Both the position numbers and the translations under genes were made by a program. 64,000 nt of DNA from an uncultured Acidimicrobiales bacterium (GTDB taxonomy: Bacteria > Actinomycetota > Acidimicrobiia > Acidimicrobiales > SZUA-35). Where the stretch lies: NCBI GenBank assembly GCA_963723995.1, contig CAVRSZ010000001.1, forward strand, positions 118,114 through 182,113, written 5' to 3'. The notes beneath the pieces were generated by a model. It saw only the letters and a list, made by a program, of their open reading frames with translations, did no database searches and was not told where the DNA came from. This document shows, piece after piece, positions 35,738-45,730 of this stretch (position 1 is its first letter; each line of letters begins with the position of its first letter).

Positions 35738-37840
35738 TCAGGTGTGATTGTGTGGTCCGGTCCAGCCGGGTGGGGTTGCGATCACGGCTACCGTGGCGGG
35801 TGCGTGGCTCAATACATGGGTTGCCGTTGGTCCGAGATGACCGCCGGTGATGGTGGTACCGATGATCACGATGTCGATCTCGAGCTCGAGAGCGATGCGG
35901 TTGATCTCCGCCGGGGGGTTCTCGGCGGTTCGGGCGATGGTTGCGACATTGTGGGCTCCGGCGATGCGAGCGGCCTCGGTGGCAGCTCGAAGCGCTGGTT
36001 CGGCGACACCGATCATCCCGGTCATCGCCTCGTTGGCTATGGTTGCCGGCACGGGCACGATGTGGACGAGGGTAAGGCGCGTTCCGAGGGTGGCGGCCAT
36101 GCCGACGCCCAGTTCGAGGGCGGCCCTGCTGGTCTGTGAATCGGTAATCGGGATGAGAGCATGGGCGAATGCCGGTGGGAGGGGTCCACCGGTGATCCGT
36201 TCGCGGCGTACGAGGATGACCGGCACTGATGCGCCGGCAAGAAGTTGCGTGTGGAGGGGGCCGAGGAGGGGTTCTCCCGGGCGTTCATTGACACCCACGG
36301 CGACCGCGCTATAGCCACGCTGCGCCTTTGCCAGCAGCTCGGCGGTGCCACGGCTCGTCGAGATGCGGGTCCTGCGATCAGCGAACGTGTTGATGATCGG
36401 CGAGAGGCTCTCCGGTGCGGTCGTGGTGGCGATCTCGATCGGGTGATGCGGGGGCCAGCAACAGTGCATGAACTGGGCAGCGGCGATCGAACCGGGTTGG
36501 CCCCGGGTGAGCAGAATCGGGGGTCGATGAGAAATGACGACGCGACGCCGAGCATCGGCGTCTGCGGCAAGGCGTTCCTGTTCATGAGGAGTCCCGGGCC
36601 AGTCGCGCAACGCCCGCTTCAACAACGGTGGCGCCGCGATCGAGGTCGCCAGCGCCATGACAACCACTGCGGCGTAGGACGCGTCGGTCAGGATCCCCAG
36701 GTCGAGGCCAATCGACGCGATCACGATCTCGAGCGCACCGCGAGCATTGAGTCCAACGCCGAGGGCACGGGCTTCAGGCACGGGGAGGCCCGCGATACGG
36801 GCCCCGAGGCCGGCGCCGACGAGTTTGGTCACGCTGGCGACGGCGATGATGACCACGCTCCACGCGGCAACCGTCGGATCGGTGAACACTCCGAGATCGA
36901 GGCGAAGACCGGCCGTGGTGAAGAACAGCGGCGCAAAGACTGCGTTGGTCATCGACACGACGACGGCAATGGCACGATCGTCCCGCCAGCGTGACCTGCC
37001 GATGACGACACCGGCGACGAACGCGCCCAGCACCGCCTCGACTCCGATGGCCTGGGTGATCGCCGCTCCGGCGGTGGCGATGAAGACCACCGCCCCAATG
37101 TGGATCTCCAGCCCGAGCCCCGCTAGACGTCGCAGACTGCGATCGACGGCAAACCCGCCCAACCACAATGCCCCCACGGCGAAGAGCAGCACGGCGGCGA
37201 CGGCGGTCCCGACGGAGGCGGCGGTCACGTTGCTGCCAGATCCGGCCACACCCACGACCAGGCCGAGCAACAGCCAACCGACGACATCGTTCGTCACGGC
37301 CACGGCCAGCACCAGCTGTCCTACATTGCGACGAACTATGCCCAGCTCGGTTAACACCCGGGCCACCACCGGGAGGGACGAGATGCTCATGGCGACGGCC
37401 AGGAACGCAGCATAGACCCCGATCGACGTGTCGCTTCCCACAAGCGCGTCCGGTACGACCAGACCGAGGACATACCCGCCCGCCAATGGAACGACGAGGC
37501 TTCCCATCGACACGAGGGCAACCGGGCGACCGAGCGTTTTGACAATCGCAAGGTCCGACTCGATGCCTGCCTCGGTCAGCAGCAACAACAGCCCCAACCA
37601 CCCGAGCGCGAACAGCATCGCTGCGTCGCCGTCGAAGGTCCAGTCGAACGCGCTCGGTGCAACCCGCCCGAACACCGACGGGCCGGCGACGAGACCGGCG
37701 ATCAACTCGCCCACAACAGCCGGCTGGCCGATCCGTCGAGCGGCAGCGCCGAAGAGCCGAGCCAGACTGACCAGCACAGCGACCTGCACCAAGAAGACCA
37801 GGACTTGGTGCTCGCCAGGTGGCACAACTGCGATGATCAT
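35738..37840 (-). CDS. cation:proton antiporter (CPA2) fused to tandem universal-stress-protein domains
   Basis: QVLVFLVQVAVLVSLARLFGAAARRIGQPAVVGELIAGLVAGPS..., about 12 TM helices, and a C-terminal ..PVILVRRE...LTLVHIVPV...VAVIATPPGW. The Met at 37840 is the preferred start. Confidence 0.85.
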   Translation of the reverse strand: MIIAVVPPGEHQVLVFLVQVAVLVSLARLFGAAARRIGQPAVVGELIAGLVAGPSVFGRVAPSAFDWTFDGDAAMLFALGWLGLLLLLTEAGIESDLAIVKTLGRPVALVSMGSLVVPLAGGYVLGLVVPDALVGSDTSIGVYAAFLAVAMSISSLPVVARVLTELGIVRRNVGQLVLAVAVTNDVVGWLLLGLVVGVAGSGSNVTAASVGTAVAAVLLFAVGALWLGGFAVDRSLRRLAGLGLEIHIGAVVFIATAGAAITQAIGVEAVLGAFVAGVVIGRSRWRDDRAIAVVVSMTNAVFAPLFFTTAGLRLDLGVFTDPTVAAWSVVIIAVASVTKLVGAGLGARIAGLPVPEARALGVGLNARGALEIVIASIGLDLGILTDASYAAVVVMALATSIAAPPLLKRALRDWPGTPHEQERLAADADARRRVVISHRPPILLTRGQPGSIAAAQFMHCCWPPHHPIEIATTTAPESLSPIINTFADRRTRISTSRGTAELLAKAQRGYSAVAVGVNERPGEPLLGPLHTQLLAGASVPVILVRRERITGGPLPPAFAHALIPITDSQTSRAALELGVGMAATLGTRLTLVHIVPVPATIANEAMTGMIGVAEPALRAATEAARIAGAHNVATIARTAENPPAEINRIALELEIDIVIIGTTITGGHLGPTATHVLSHAPATVAVIATPPGWTGPHNHT

Positions 37841-38006
37841 GCGCGAATCTAACACCACTGCGACCTTGGTGAGACCATGCATGTGTCGGGCTGTGGCAGC
37901 AGCGGAAGATTGTGGAAACGCGATCTCCCGATTGCCGGGAACCACCGGTCCCTTCATGTCGTCGAAATGGGGTACAGCTCAACGTGAGCTGTCGAAAGGA
38001 CCACCC

Positions 38007-38939
38007 ATGTCACCGACGCGAATCCTCGCCGTGGCGCTTGCGACTGCGACTATGATCACCGCTTGCGGGGTTGACCCGGAAGTGGATCCCACAACCGCCG
38101 CGTCGTCCGGCCCCGAGCCGACCGAGGTGGCCGAGGGCGGCTTTGGGGCACCAAGTCGGAGCGGCAACGAGTTCGCAACCGGCAGCACGGCCTATCAGGT
38201 GACGGGGTCGGTCGAGGTTGCCGAGAATGGCTGTTGGTACGTCACCCTCAACGATTCGGAACGCCTTATCGTCTTCCCTTCCGGCTGGGAGTTCGCCGGG
38301 TCAGCATCGCCGGCGCTTCAGGGCCCGGACGGCGAGGTCGTTGACTCTGGAGACGAGATCGATGGGACGGTCCGCCTTCTACACGAAGATGAATTGCCCG
38401 CCGACGGGAAATGGGCGAACTACGTCGGATTCTGCCAACCCGACGTGCTCGAGCTCGCCGTGTTCGACCAGCTCACCAGCGCATACGACCCTGCGACCCT
38501 CACCGTCGACGACCAGCGGGCGGCCATCGCCGGGGCCGACTTCACCGAGCACTGGCCCTGCGGCCGAGGCTGGGCCGGCTCGACGGCCGACCAACGCATC
38601 GGGATCATGATCTACCAGGTCGACGACATGCAGCCGACACCTGGACCGGTCCTCGGTCTCCCCGACCCCGGTTGGACCGCCGATGTTGTCGTGGGGAAGC
38701 ATCTGTTCGCCAACCACTGCAACGACGCAATCGAGGAGTGGATGCCCACGCCCAACGTCGTCGCTCGATATCCACTCAGCGGGACCGTCACCCTCGAAGA
38801 TCCCGCACCCTCGAACTCGGAACCCCCCGCCATGGTGGGCGCGGTTCTGACCGATGGATACGCGGACATCGACGGTGTGGCCGTCCCGCTCCGGAATGTG
38901 CAACTCCGCAACGAAGCCTACAACGCATTCGCCGGCTGA
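38007..38939 (+). CDS. hypothetical lipoprotein
   Basis: MSPTRILAVALATATMITAC with lipobox I-T-A-C, preceded by GAAAGGA. No family recognised. Confidence 0.6.
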   Translation: MSPTRILAVALATATMITACGVDPEVDPTTAASSGPEPTEVAEGGFGAPSRSGNEFATGSTAYQVTGSVEVAENGCWYVTLNDSERLIVFPSGWEFAGSASPALQGPDGEVVDSGDEIDGTVRLLHEDELPADGKWANYVGFCQPDVLELAVFDQLTSAYDPATLTVDDQRAAIAGADFTEHWPCGRGWAGSTADQRIGIMIYQVDDMQPTPGPVLGLPDPGWTADVVVGKHLFANHCNDAIEEWMPTPNVVARYPLSGTVTLEDPAPSNSEPPAMVGAVLTDGYADIDGVAVPLRNVQLRNEAYNAFAG

Positions 38940-39001
38940 CGAGTTTACACAGCGGCCCGATGCTCGACGAGAAGATGTCGCAGGCCCGGATACGAAGCTC
39001 C

Positions 39002-41416
39002 TCAGGGGTTCGTTGGTTCCGTCGCGAGTATGAGCCCGCGGTTGCCGTCGATCCTGATGTGTTGGCCGTCCTGGAGTGCCGTCGTTGCTGCGCCGGTGCC
39101 CAGGACGGCGGGAATGCCATGTTCTCGGGCGGCGATCGCAGCGTGGCTCAGGGCGCCGCCGCCGTCGGCGACGACAGCGCAGGCGAGGGGGAAGAGCGGC
39201 GCCCAGGCCGGGCTGGTGACCTGGCAGACGAGGACGTCGCCATCGCTCAGTAGGTGCATATCGGCATGGCCGCGGATGACCCGCACAGGTCCTTCGGTGA
39301 TGCCGGGTGAGGCGGCCACTCCAGCGAGCAGGACATCGGTGTCGGCCGGCCGGGGAGTGGGGGGCGGGTACTCGTGGCTCACCATCCACAGGATTGGCTC
39401 ATTGACCTGTCGAAGAGCCCGGGGAAGCCGGGAGGTGTCGGGTGGAGGTGCTTGCTTGCCAACGTAGGCGGGGCCGGGATTGGCTCGGACCCAGGCTTCC
39501 TCACCTCGGCGCTGCACGACCCGGTCGGGAAGATCAGACCCCGGCCCGCCGGCGATCGCCGCTTCCAGCTCATCGATGAAGAGGTAGGCGGCGTCGGCCG
39601 CGGCGGGGATGAGGCCGCGGCCGGCCAGGCGGCGGCCCATTTCGAGCATGGTCCGGCGGAGTAGGGCGAGAGGGCGGTCGCCGACGACGATGGTGTTGTC
39701 CTCCCGTACGGGGTAGATGGCGCGGGCTTCGGCGAGCACGCCGTCGAACTCGGCTCGGCGCTCGGCCGGCAGGGCTTGGCGGGCCCGATCGGCGACCTCG
39801 TCGGCGGTGGTGTGATCGACGGGCTGGGGCTGGGCCAGGAGCAGTCGGGTGATCATGGTGGGGCGTTCGGCGAGCACAGGGACGCCGGCGTCATAGTTGA
39901 TGAGGGACCATCCGTGCTCGGCGATCCATTCCTCGAGTTCTTGGGCGAGGCTCGGGTCGACGGCGGTCAGGGCGGCGGTGGGTTGTCCTGGTTTGGCTTC
40001 GAGTCCGGCGACGGCGCCCTCGGTCTGGCGGAGGCGTTCGCGAAGGCGGGTCATCGCCTCTTCGGCGGCCCGGGTGGCCGGCGAGTGGCCGGCCAGCATC
40101 GTGGCGATGGTCGGATCGTCCCAGCCCAGCTCGTCGGAAACGAGAGTGTGCAGGCGGTGAAGTCGCTGCGCCAATGGCATGAAGAGCCGAAAGTGGATCC
40201 GATGGCCGTCGCGGGCCAGGTCCAGCACGTCATCGAGGTGAGCGTTCAGCTCGCCGTCGTCCAGTGCGGCCAGATCGACGGCGCCGAGCTCGGAGGCTCG
40301 CGCCGTCATGGAGTCGCGGTCGTGTCGGTGCCAGTCGTCGACCCAGCGTTGGACACGATCGTCCTCGATCGCCCGGCGAGCGGTTGCGGTGCGGCGTCGC
40401 AGCTCCGGTACCAGACGGGCTGCGATCCCCAGCACGAGCGCGGGTGGGGGTTTCCCGGCTCCGTTGGGTGAACCGAACGCAGGCAGGACCCGGCCGTAGA
40501 TCTCGCCGCCGACGAAGGCCTCCTCCAGACCTCGGATGAGAAGTCCCATCTCGTCGAACACGTGGCGGACCTGGTCTTCGCAGGCGTGCATGATGGACCA
40601 GCCGAAGGGGGTGAGTGGTTCGGGGTAGTGGGCGGTGTCCTTCTGCCAGTTGTTGCCGTCCGGCAGGGTGGGCTCGATGGGGAGCGCGGTGATGGGACGA
40701 GCCTGCACCAGCCACACCGTCCCGTCAGCAACGGCCCACTCGATGTCCTGAGGTTGGCCGAACGAGGCTTCGACGGCTCCCGCCACCTGGGCCACCCTCA
40801 CTGCGACCTCGGCGGGTAGGCCGGCCAGATCGCCGTGAACGTGCTCGGCCCGTACGGTGACATCGGAGCCGATGACGTCACCCTGTACGAGCGCCTCGCC
40901 CAGGCCTGCGGTGGCAGCAATCCGCACGACGTCGCGCTCACCGGTCATCGGGTCGGCGGTGAAGGCGACACCTGCCCATTCGGCGGGTACGAGTCGCTGC
41001 ACAACGACGGCGATGTCGCCGTCGGTACCGTGTTGGGCCGCCGCCCGAGCCGAGGCGTCGAGGCAGTGGCGGATCGCAGCCAGGGTCTCGCTGACCCCGG
41101 ACACGTCCAGGACTGTTGCCGTGGCCCCGGCGTGGGCGCTGGTTGCGCCGTCTTCCCACGTCGCCGATGTGCGTACGACAAGCGCAGTGTCGAGCCGGTC
41201 ACAGAGCGTGGCGAAGGCGAAGACCAATGAGTCGGGCGCCGGCCCGTCGGGCCATATCTCGGCGATGCCAACCGGCAATACCACACCGTCGGGGACACTG
41301 AAGCCCGCTGCTCGGAGGCGAGCGAGGCCGGCGCCCTTGTTCCCGGCGACGGCCGGGGCCATCGCTCGGGGATCATCGAGATCGATGAGCGCGACGGTCG
41401 TGTTTGTGAGGGTCAT
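39002..41416 (-). CDS. PEP-utilising enzyme family protein with rifampicin-phosphotransferase-like architecture
   Basis: N-terminal PPDK_N-type ATP-grasp (VAGNKGAGLARLRAAGFSVPDGVVLP) and a C-terminal swivel His domain (ASPGITEGPVRVI...DVLVCQVTSPAWAPLF...GGALSHAAIAAREHGIPAVLGTG). 804 aa. Confidence 0.75.
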   Translation of the reverse strand: MTLTNTTVALIDLDDPRAMAPAVAGNKGAGLARLRAAGFSVPDGVVLPVGIAEIWPDGPAPDSLVFAFATLCDRLDTALVVRTSATWEDGATSAHAGATATVLDVSGVSETLAAIRHCLDASARAAAQHGTDGDIAVVVQRLVPAEWAGVAFTADPMTGERDVVRIAATAGLGEALVQGDVIGSDVTVRAEHVHGDLAGLPAEVAVRVAQVAGAVEASFGQPQDIEWAVADGTVWLVQARPITALPIEPTLPDGNNWQKDTAHYPEPLTPFGWSIMHACEDQVRHVFDEMGLLIRGLEEAFVGGEIYGRVLPAFGSPNGAGKPPPALVLGIAARLVPELRRRTATARRAIEDDRVQRWVDDWHRHDRDSMTARASELGAVDLAALDDGELNAHLDDVLDLARDGHRIHFRLFMPLAQRLHRLHTLVSDELGWDDPTIATMLAGHSPATRAAEEAMTRLRERLRQTEGAVAGLEAKPGQPTAALTAVDPSLAQELEEWIAEHGWSLINYDAGVPVLAERPTMITRLLLAQPQPVDHTTADEVADRARQALPAERRAEFDGVLAEARAIYPVREDNTIVVGDRPLALLRRTMLEMGRRLAGRGLIPAAADAAYLFIDELEAAIAGGPGSDLPDRVVQRRGEEAWVRANPGPAYVGKQAPPPDTSRLPRALRQVNEPILWMVSHEYPPPTPRPADTDVLLAGVAASPGITEGPVRVIRGHADMHLLSDGDVLVCQVTSPAWAPLFPLACAVVADGGGALSHAAIAAREHGIPAVLGTGAATTALQDGQHIRIDGNRGLILATEPTNP

Positions 41417-42021
41417 GTCTCCTCCTTCGTGTCGGGGAGCGCGCCGGATTCGGCGGCTTCGATCAGCCTCTCGATCGCCCAGATGACGACGCGGATGAAA
41501 TCGGCGGTGTCGAGTCCATACTCGCGGGTGAGCCAGAACCAGCTGCGGTGGCTGAGAAGGTGCCGCAAGACCACGGCGATTGCGTGAGCATCGTCGGCCG
41601 GTGCGGACGGCATCTGCCGGGCGATGAAGTCGGTAATCAGCTTCGTCCGTGCGGCGCGGTCGGCGTCGCGGCCCACATCGGCCAGCGGCATCTGTGCCAA
41701 CGCCTCGCTGATGCCGCCAAGCTGGTCGAAGATCACTGCGTTGGACCGCACGGCGTGGAGCAGATCGTCGCAGGTCTCGAGATCGCGAGCGTTCCGGCTC
41801 CCCAGCGCTTCCGACTGCTCGTCCATCACTGCTCCCAGTGCATCGAGTAGATCTTCCCTGGTGGCGAAGTGGTTGTACACCGTCCGCAGCGACACGCCGG
41901 CGCGTTCGGCCACTTCCTTCATCGAGAAGTCCAGATGGTGCCGCTCGGTCACCAAACCGGCGCAGGCATCGACGATGGCTTGGCGCCCCAGTTCGCGTTG
42001 TCGGGACCGCAGATCATGCAT
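41413..42021 (-). CDS. TetR family transcriptional regulator
   Basis: LGRQAIVDACAGLVTERHHLDFSMKEVAERAGVSLRTVYNHFATREDL. The stop overlaps the downstream ATG (ATGA). Confidence 0.85.
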   Translation of the reverse strand: MHDLRSRQRELGRQAIVDACAGLVTERHHLDFSMKEVAERAGVSLRTVYNHFATREDLLDALGAVMDEQSEALGSRNARDLETCDDLLHAVRSNAVIFDQLGGISEALAQMPLADVGRDADRAARTKLITDFIARQMPSAPADDAHAIAVVLRHLLSHRSWFWLTREYGLDTADFIRVVIWAIERLIEAAESGALPDTKEET

Positions 42022-42040
42022 GCACGAAGTATATAGTATC

Positions 42041-42055
42041 TGCACTAGTAGTGCA
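42041..42055. promoter_or_regulatory. perfect palindrome TGCACTA-G-TAGTGCA (TetR operator candidate)
   Basis: Lies 20 nt upstream of the TetR start, in the divergent region shared with the DLH gene. Confidence 0.5.
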
Positions 42056-42146
42056 CGTTGCCGTCAGATCGAGCGGCGTGCTACGTCGCAGGAGGGTCAT
42101 AGGTGATAGGTTCCAGATCCGGATTTCGCGATCAACGGGAGGCTGG

Positions 42147-42731
42147 ATGGCCGAGATCGTACTGTTCCATCACGTGGCCGGACTGACCCCCGGTTGTCGG
42201 GAGCTCGCCGACCGGGTAGCCGGCGGTGATCATGTGGTGCACACCCCCGACCTGTTCGAGGGACGGACCTTCGCCACGATCGATGACGGTGTCGCCTACG
42301 TGGACGGGGTCGGGTTCGGAGCTCTGCAGGCCCGGGCCGACAAGGCCGTCGCCGGGCTCTCCTTGCATCTGGTCTACATCGGGGTGTCACTCGGCGTGTT
42401 GGCGGCCCAGCGGCTGGCTCAAACCCGTCCGGGCGCGATGGCCGCAATCCTGCTCGAAGCCTGTGTGCCGATGACCGAGTTCGCCGAAGGCTGGCCGAAG
42501 GGCGTGCCGGTCCAGGTCCACGGTATGGACGGCGATCCGTTCTTTGCCGGTGAAGGTGACATCGACGCTGCTCGTGAGCTGGTGGCCGTGGCCGCCGAGA
42601 CGGGCCCGGCGGAGTTGTTCGTCTATCAAGGCGGCGTCCATTTGTTCACCGACAACTCGCTGCCGTCCTACGACGCCGGCGCCACCGCCGAGGTCATCGA
42701 GCGGGTCCGGGTGCTGCTCGAGTCCCTTTGA
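42147..42731 (+). CDS. dienelactone hydrolase family protein
   Basis: AEIVLFHHVAGLTPGCRELADRVAGGDHVVHTPDLFEG...GVSLGV...VHGMDGDPFF...GGVHLF. Confidence 0.8.
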   Translation: MAEIVLFHHVAGLTPGCRELADRVAGGDHVVHTPDLFEGRTFATIDDGVAYVDGVGFGALQARADKAVAGLSLHLVYIGVSLGVLAAQRLAQTRPGAMAAILLEACVPMTEFAEGWPKGVPVQVHGMDGDPFFAGEGDIDAARELVAVAAETGPAELFVYQGGVHLFTDNSLPSYDAGATAEVIERVRVLLESL

Positions 42732-42826
42732 GCCGGGAGGACATCGGAAGTGTGACGTGCGATCGGGTCGAGGCGCTCGACGGGCCGAACTGGTCGTACT
42801 CGTCGACTTGTCACTTGGGCGACCGG

Positions 42827-43969
42827 TCAGGCGGTGGCGAGCGACTTTTTCGGGTCGAAGAACGGTCGGTCGGCGACTGTCGCCCGGGTCGGTCCCGAAC
42901 CTTTGCTCACCTCGACCTCGGTGCCGATCTCGGTGAAGTCAACCGAGATCATGGCCAGAGCGATGTTCTGCTCGAGTCGAGGCGAGTAGATGGCCGAGGT
43001 GACCTTGCCGATCGTCGAATCCTCTTTCGTGATGGGCCAGAACGAGGTGTTGGGGCCGGAAAGTCGCGGGCCATCAATGATCAGACCCACCTGTCGGCGG
43101 CTCACTCCTTCCTGTCGGATACGGCGCAGGGCCGGCTTGCCGATGAAGTCGGCTTCGATGTCGAGGTTGACCAGTCGGTCGAGCCCGAGCTCGTACGGGT
43201 TGGTGTGTATGTCGGCATCGGCGTGGTACGACAGCATACCGCCCTCGATTCGCCGGATCGAAGAGGTATGGCCGGGCTTCAGACCGAACGGCTCACCGGC
43301 GGCCATGATCGTCTCCCACAGCTCGTCGCCTCGGGAGCCGTCCTGCAGGTAGAGCTCATAGCCGAGCTCGCTCGACCATCCGGTCCGTGAGACAACGAGC
43401 GAGATGCCGTCGAGATCCACCTCGCGAAACCAGTAGTACTTGAGATCGTGGATGTCGTCGCCGAAGAGGGCCTCCATCACCCTGCCGGACTGCGGTCCCT
43501 GAAGTTGCAGCGGGGAGACGTCCGGTTCGACGATGGAGACGTCCATTCCCGAGTGCACGGCCGCGCCCTGGGCCCACAACAGAATGTCGGAGTCGGAGAG
43601 TGAGATCCAGAAGTGGTTCTCGGCGAGGCGCAGCAGGACCGGATCGTTCAGAATGCCGCCATCGGCGTTGGTGATGAGGATGTACTTGCACTGCCCGACG
43701 GCCATCGTCGACAGATCACGTGGCGTCAGCAGCTGCATGAATCGGGCCGCATCCGGCCCGGTTATCTCGACCTGCCGCTGCACGGCGACATCGCACAGGA
43801 TGGCGTCGTTCACAAGGTTCCAGAAGTTCTGCTCCGGATTCCCAAAGTCTCGAGGGATGTACATGTGGTTGTACACCGAGAAGTGCTTCGCGCCCCATCT
43901 GACGGTTGCGTCGAAGTACGGCGACTTGCGTATCTGGGTACCAAACCCGAATCCGTCCGTCTGGTTCAC
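42827..43969 (-). CDS. aminomethyltransferase-fold (GcvT/DmdA family) folate-dependent methyl/aminomethyl transferase
   Basis: SPYFDATVRWGAKHFSVYNHMYIPRDF...QRQVEITGPDAARFMQLLTPRDLS...NDPVLLRLAENHFWISLSDSDILLWAQG...EPDVSPLQLQGPQS...SRTGWSSELGYELYL...IRRIEGGMLSY. The GTG start follows GGAGGG and overlaps the upstream stop (GTGA). Confidence 0.85.
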   Translation of the reverse strand: MNQTDGFGFGTQIRKSPYFDATVRWGAKHFSVYNHMYIPRDFGNPEQNFWNLVNDAILCDVAVQRQVEITGPDAARFMQLLTPRDLSTMAVGQCKYILITNADGGILNDPVLLRLAENHFWISLSDSDILLWAQGAAVHSGMDVSIVEPDVSPLQLQGPQSGRVMEALFGDDIHDLKYYWFREVDLDGISLVVSRTGWSSELGYELYLQDGSRGDELWETIMAAGEPFGLKPGHTSSIRRIEGGMLSYHADADIHTNPYELGLDRLVNLDIEADFIGKPALRRIRQEGVSRRQVGLIIDGPRLSGPNTSFWPITKEDSTIGKVTSAIYSPRLEQNIALAMISVDFTEIGTEVEVSKGSGPTRATVADRPFFDPKKSLATA

Positions 43970-44952
43970 GTTCGTCCCTCCATCGGTGACAGGCCGCGGC
44001 ACACCAGGCATTGTTGCTCCCACTCGACCTGCTCGGCTGCGGTCCGGTCCGCCTCGGTTTGATACTTGGGTTCGGATGAGCGCTCGGATCGTGTGTCGCC
44101 GGCCGGCTCGGCCGTGGTCTGCTCGTTCTGCCGGTTTCGGCTCCACCCGAGGGGTTCTGCCTTCCAGTGGTCGTCGATGTAGCGGTAAGGAAGGTCGACA
44201 ATCGTGCCCGGCTCGGCGACACGATGGGCTCGGGTGAGGCCTTCGGTCAGGAGGGCCCTCTGACCGCTGGAATCGTTGGGCAGGCCGGTGGTATGGCCGA
44301 GCGGGAGGTCGACGAACACCGATCGGGGGGGCTTGACCCGAGCCGTGATGGTCCTGGCCGACGAGAAGGTGATGGTGGGGAGTCCGGCCTCCTCGAGGTG
44401 GCGGGCAACCAGTCCGACCGACTGGTGGCAGACCGGTCAAACCGGCACGAGGAGCACGAGGTCCGGCTCCTGGGCCCGGCAGTGCTCGAGCAGGAGCGGT
44501 GCTGTCTCGGCCACAAGGCGTCTGGTGGAGTAGATCCCACCCATGAAGGCGGCGGCGTCGGTGACGCTTCCGATCAGGCCCTCATCGGCGAACTCCCGGA
44601 GTCGGGCGAGGGGGTAGACACAGTTGAGATCGTTCCTGGCGTCGGTCTCGTCGTACGCGAAATGGGCTGTGCGCAGCTCGGACGCCGGGGTGTCGGCCGA
44701 GATGATCCGGATCGAGGTGTCATCCTTGGTGTGGAAGGCGATCTGACCGTGCCGGTAGATGCCTCCCGACCCGATCAGGGTGATTCTGCACTTGTCCAAA
44801 GGTCTCGCGATTGGTGCCCACGGCGGTTGGCCCGGCCGCTCAGCCCAACGGTACGGCTCGTAGCCGTACGAGTCGTAGAGTCGCCTCGTCTCGACGATGT
44901 AGTCGGCCGGCGGTAGCGGCGAGCGCCCCGAGCGGAGTTCGGATTCGTTCAT
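43966..44952 (-). CDS. GrdB/PrdB-family (glycine/sarcosine/betaine/D-proline reductase B-like) putative selenoprotein, in-frame UGA at 44437-44439
   Basis: Track ORFs 44437-44952 and 43966-44319 share one frame with no other stop between them. Read-through gives ..EPDLVLLVPV-U-PVCHQSVGLVARHLEEAGLPTITFSSARTITARVKPPRSVFVDLPLGHTTG... The U-x-x-C motif and flanks resemble recalled GrdB sequence around its Sec. GGGAGG RBS. Confidence 0.7.
44405..44429 (-). promoter_or_regulatory. candidate bacterial SECIS hairpin
   Basis: Seven nt after the UGA: GCCACCAGUC-GGUCG-GACUGGUUGC. This gives 9 Watson-Crick pairs plus one C.U mismatch and a G/U-containing apical loop about 18-22 nt from the UGA. Confidence 0.5.
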
Positions 44953-44971
44953 TCGTGCCTCCCGATTGGGA

Positions 44972-45730
44972 TCATTGGGCGAGGACGGAAAGTGGCTGCA
45001 TCGTCAGCACCAAGGTGAGACGTTCGGCCATGGTCCGCAGTTCCGCACCGAGTTGGGATCGGCGTCGAGCATCGAACCGTCGGATCGGCCCGATGACGCC
45101 AACGCTGAAGGCCGGTTCGACAGCATCAATCCAGATCGGAGCGGCCACACTGGCCACTCCCGTTTCCAGCTCCTCGACACATTCTGCGAAACCACTCTGG
45201 CGGACCTGTTCCAGCTCGAGCCGGACGACCTCCGGCGACGTCTTGGTGTGCTCGGTGTATGACCGCAGCGGCGTGTGGAGAATACGGTCGCGAACCTCGT
45301 CGTCCGAGAAGGCCAGGATCACCTTGGCGCACGAACAGGCATGGCGGGGTCGGTACCCGAGGCCGGGGTGGACGTAGGACAAGGATGGATCGGACGGGGT
45401 TTCGACGTGGATGATCCTCACTGCGTCGTCCCTGAACCGCGACAGGAAAACCGCCTCGCGAAGGTCATCGGCGGCTGCTGCAAGCGTCGGTGCAGTGGCG
45501 GAGACCACGTCGCCTTCACTCCAGCCGAGTATGGCGACGCGGCGTAGCCGTTCTCCCACTCGGTAGCCCCCATCGGCGATGTCGACCAACCCGTGATCAC
45601 GCAGCGATTGGAGCATCCGGTAGCAGGTGGGTCGGGGCAGCTTGGTGGCGGCCTGGACCTCGGCCACCGACACCGATCGGCCGGCGGCGGCGATGGTCTC
45701 CAGCACGGCCATCATCCGTTCGACGTTCAC
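44972..45730 (-). CDS. IclR family transcriptional regulator (paralog of 31400-32155)
   Basis: VERMMAVLETIAAAGRSVSVAEVQAATKLPRPTCYRMLQSLRDHGLV...FLSRFRDDAVRIIHVETP...HPGLGYRPRHACSCAKV...ECVEELETGVASVAAP. Ends 20 nt before the selenoprotein gene start. Confidence 0.85.
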   Translation of the reverse strand: MNVERMMAVLETIAAAGRSVSVAEVQAATKLPRPTCYRMLQSLRDHGLVDIADGGYRVGERLRRVAILGWSEGDVVSATAPTLAAAADDLREAVFLSRFRDDAVRIIHVETPSDPSLSYVHPGLGYRPRHACSCAKVILAFSDDEVRDRILHTPLRSYTEHTKTSPEVVRLELEQVRQSGFAECVEELETGVASVAAPIWIDAVEPAFSVGVIGPIRRFDARRRSQLGAELRTMAERLTLVLTMQPLSVLAQ

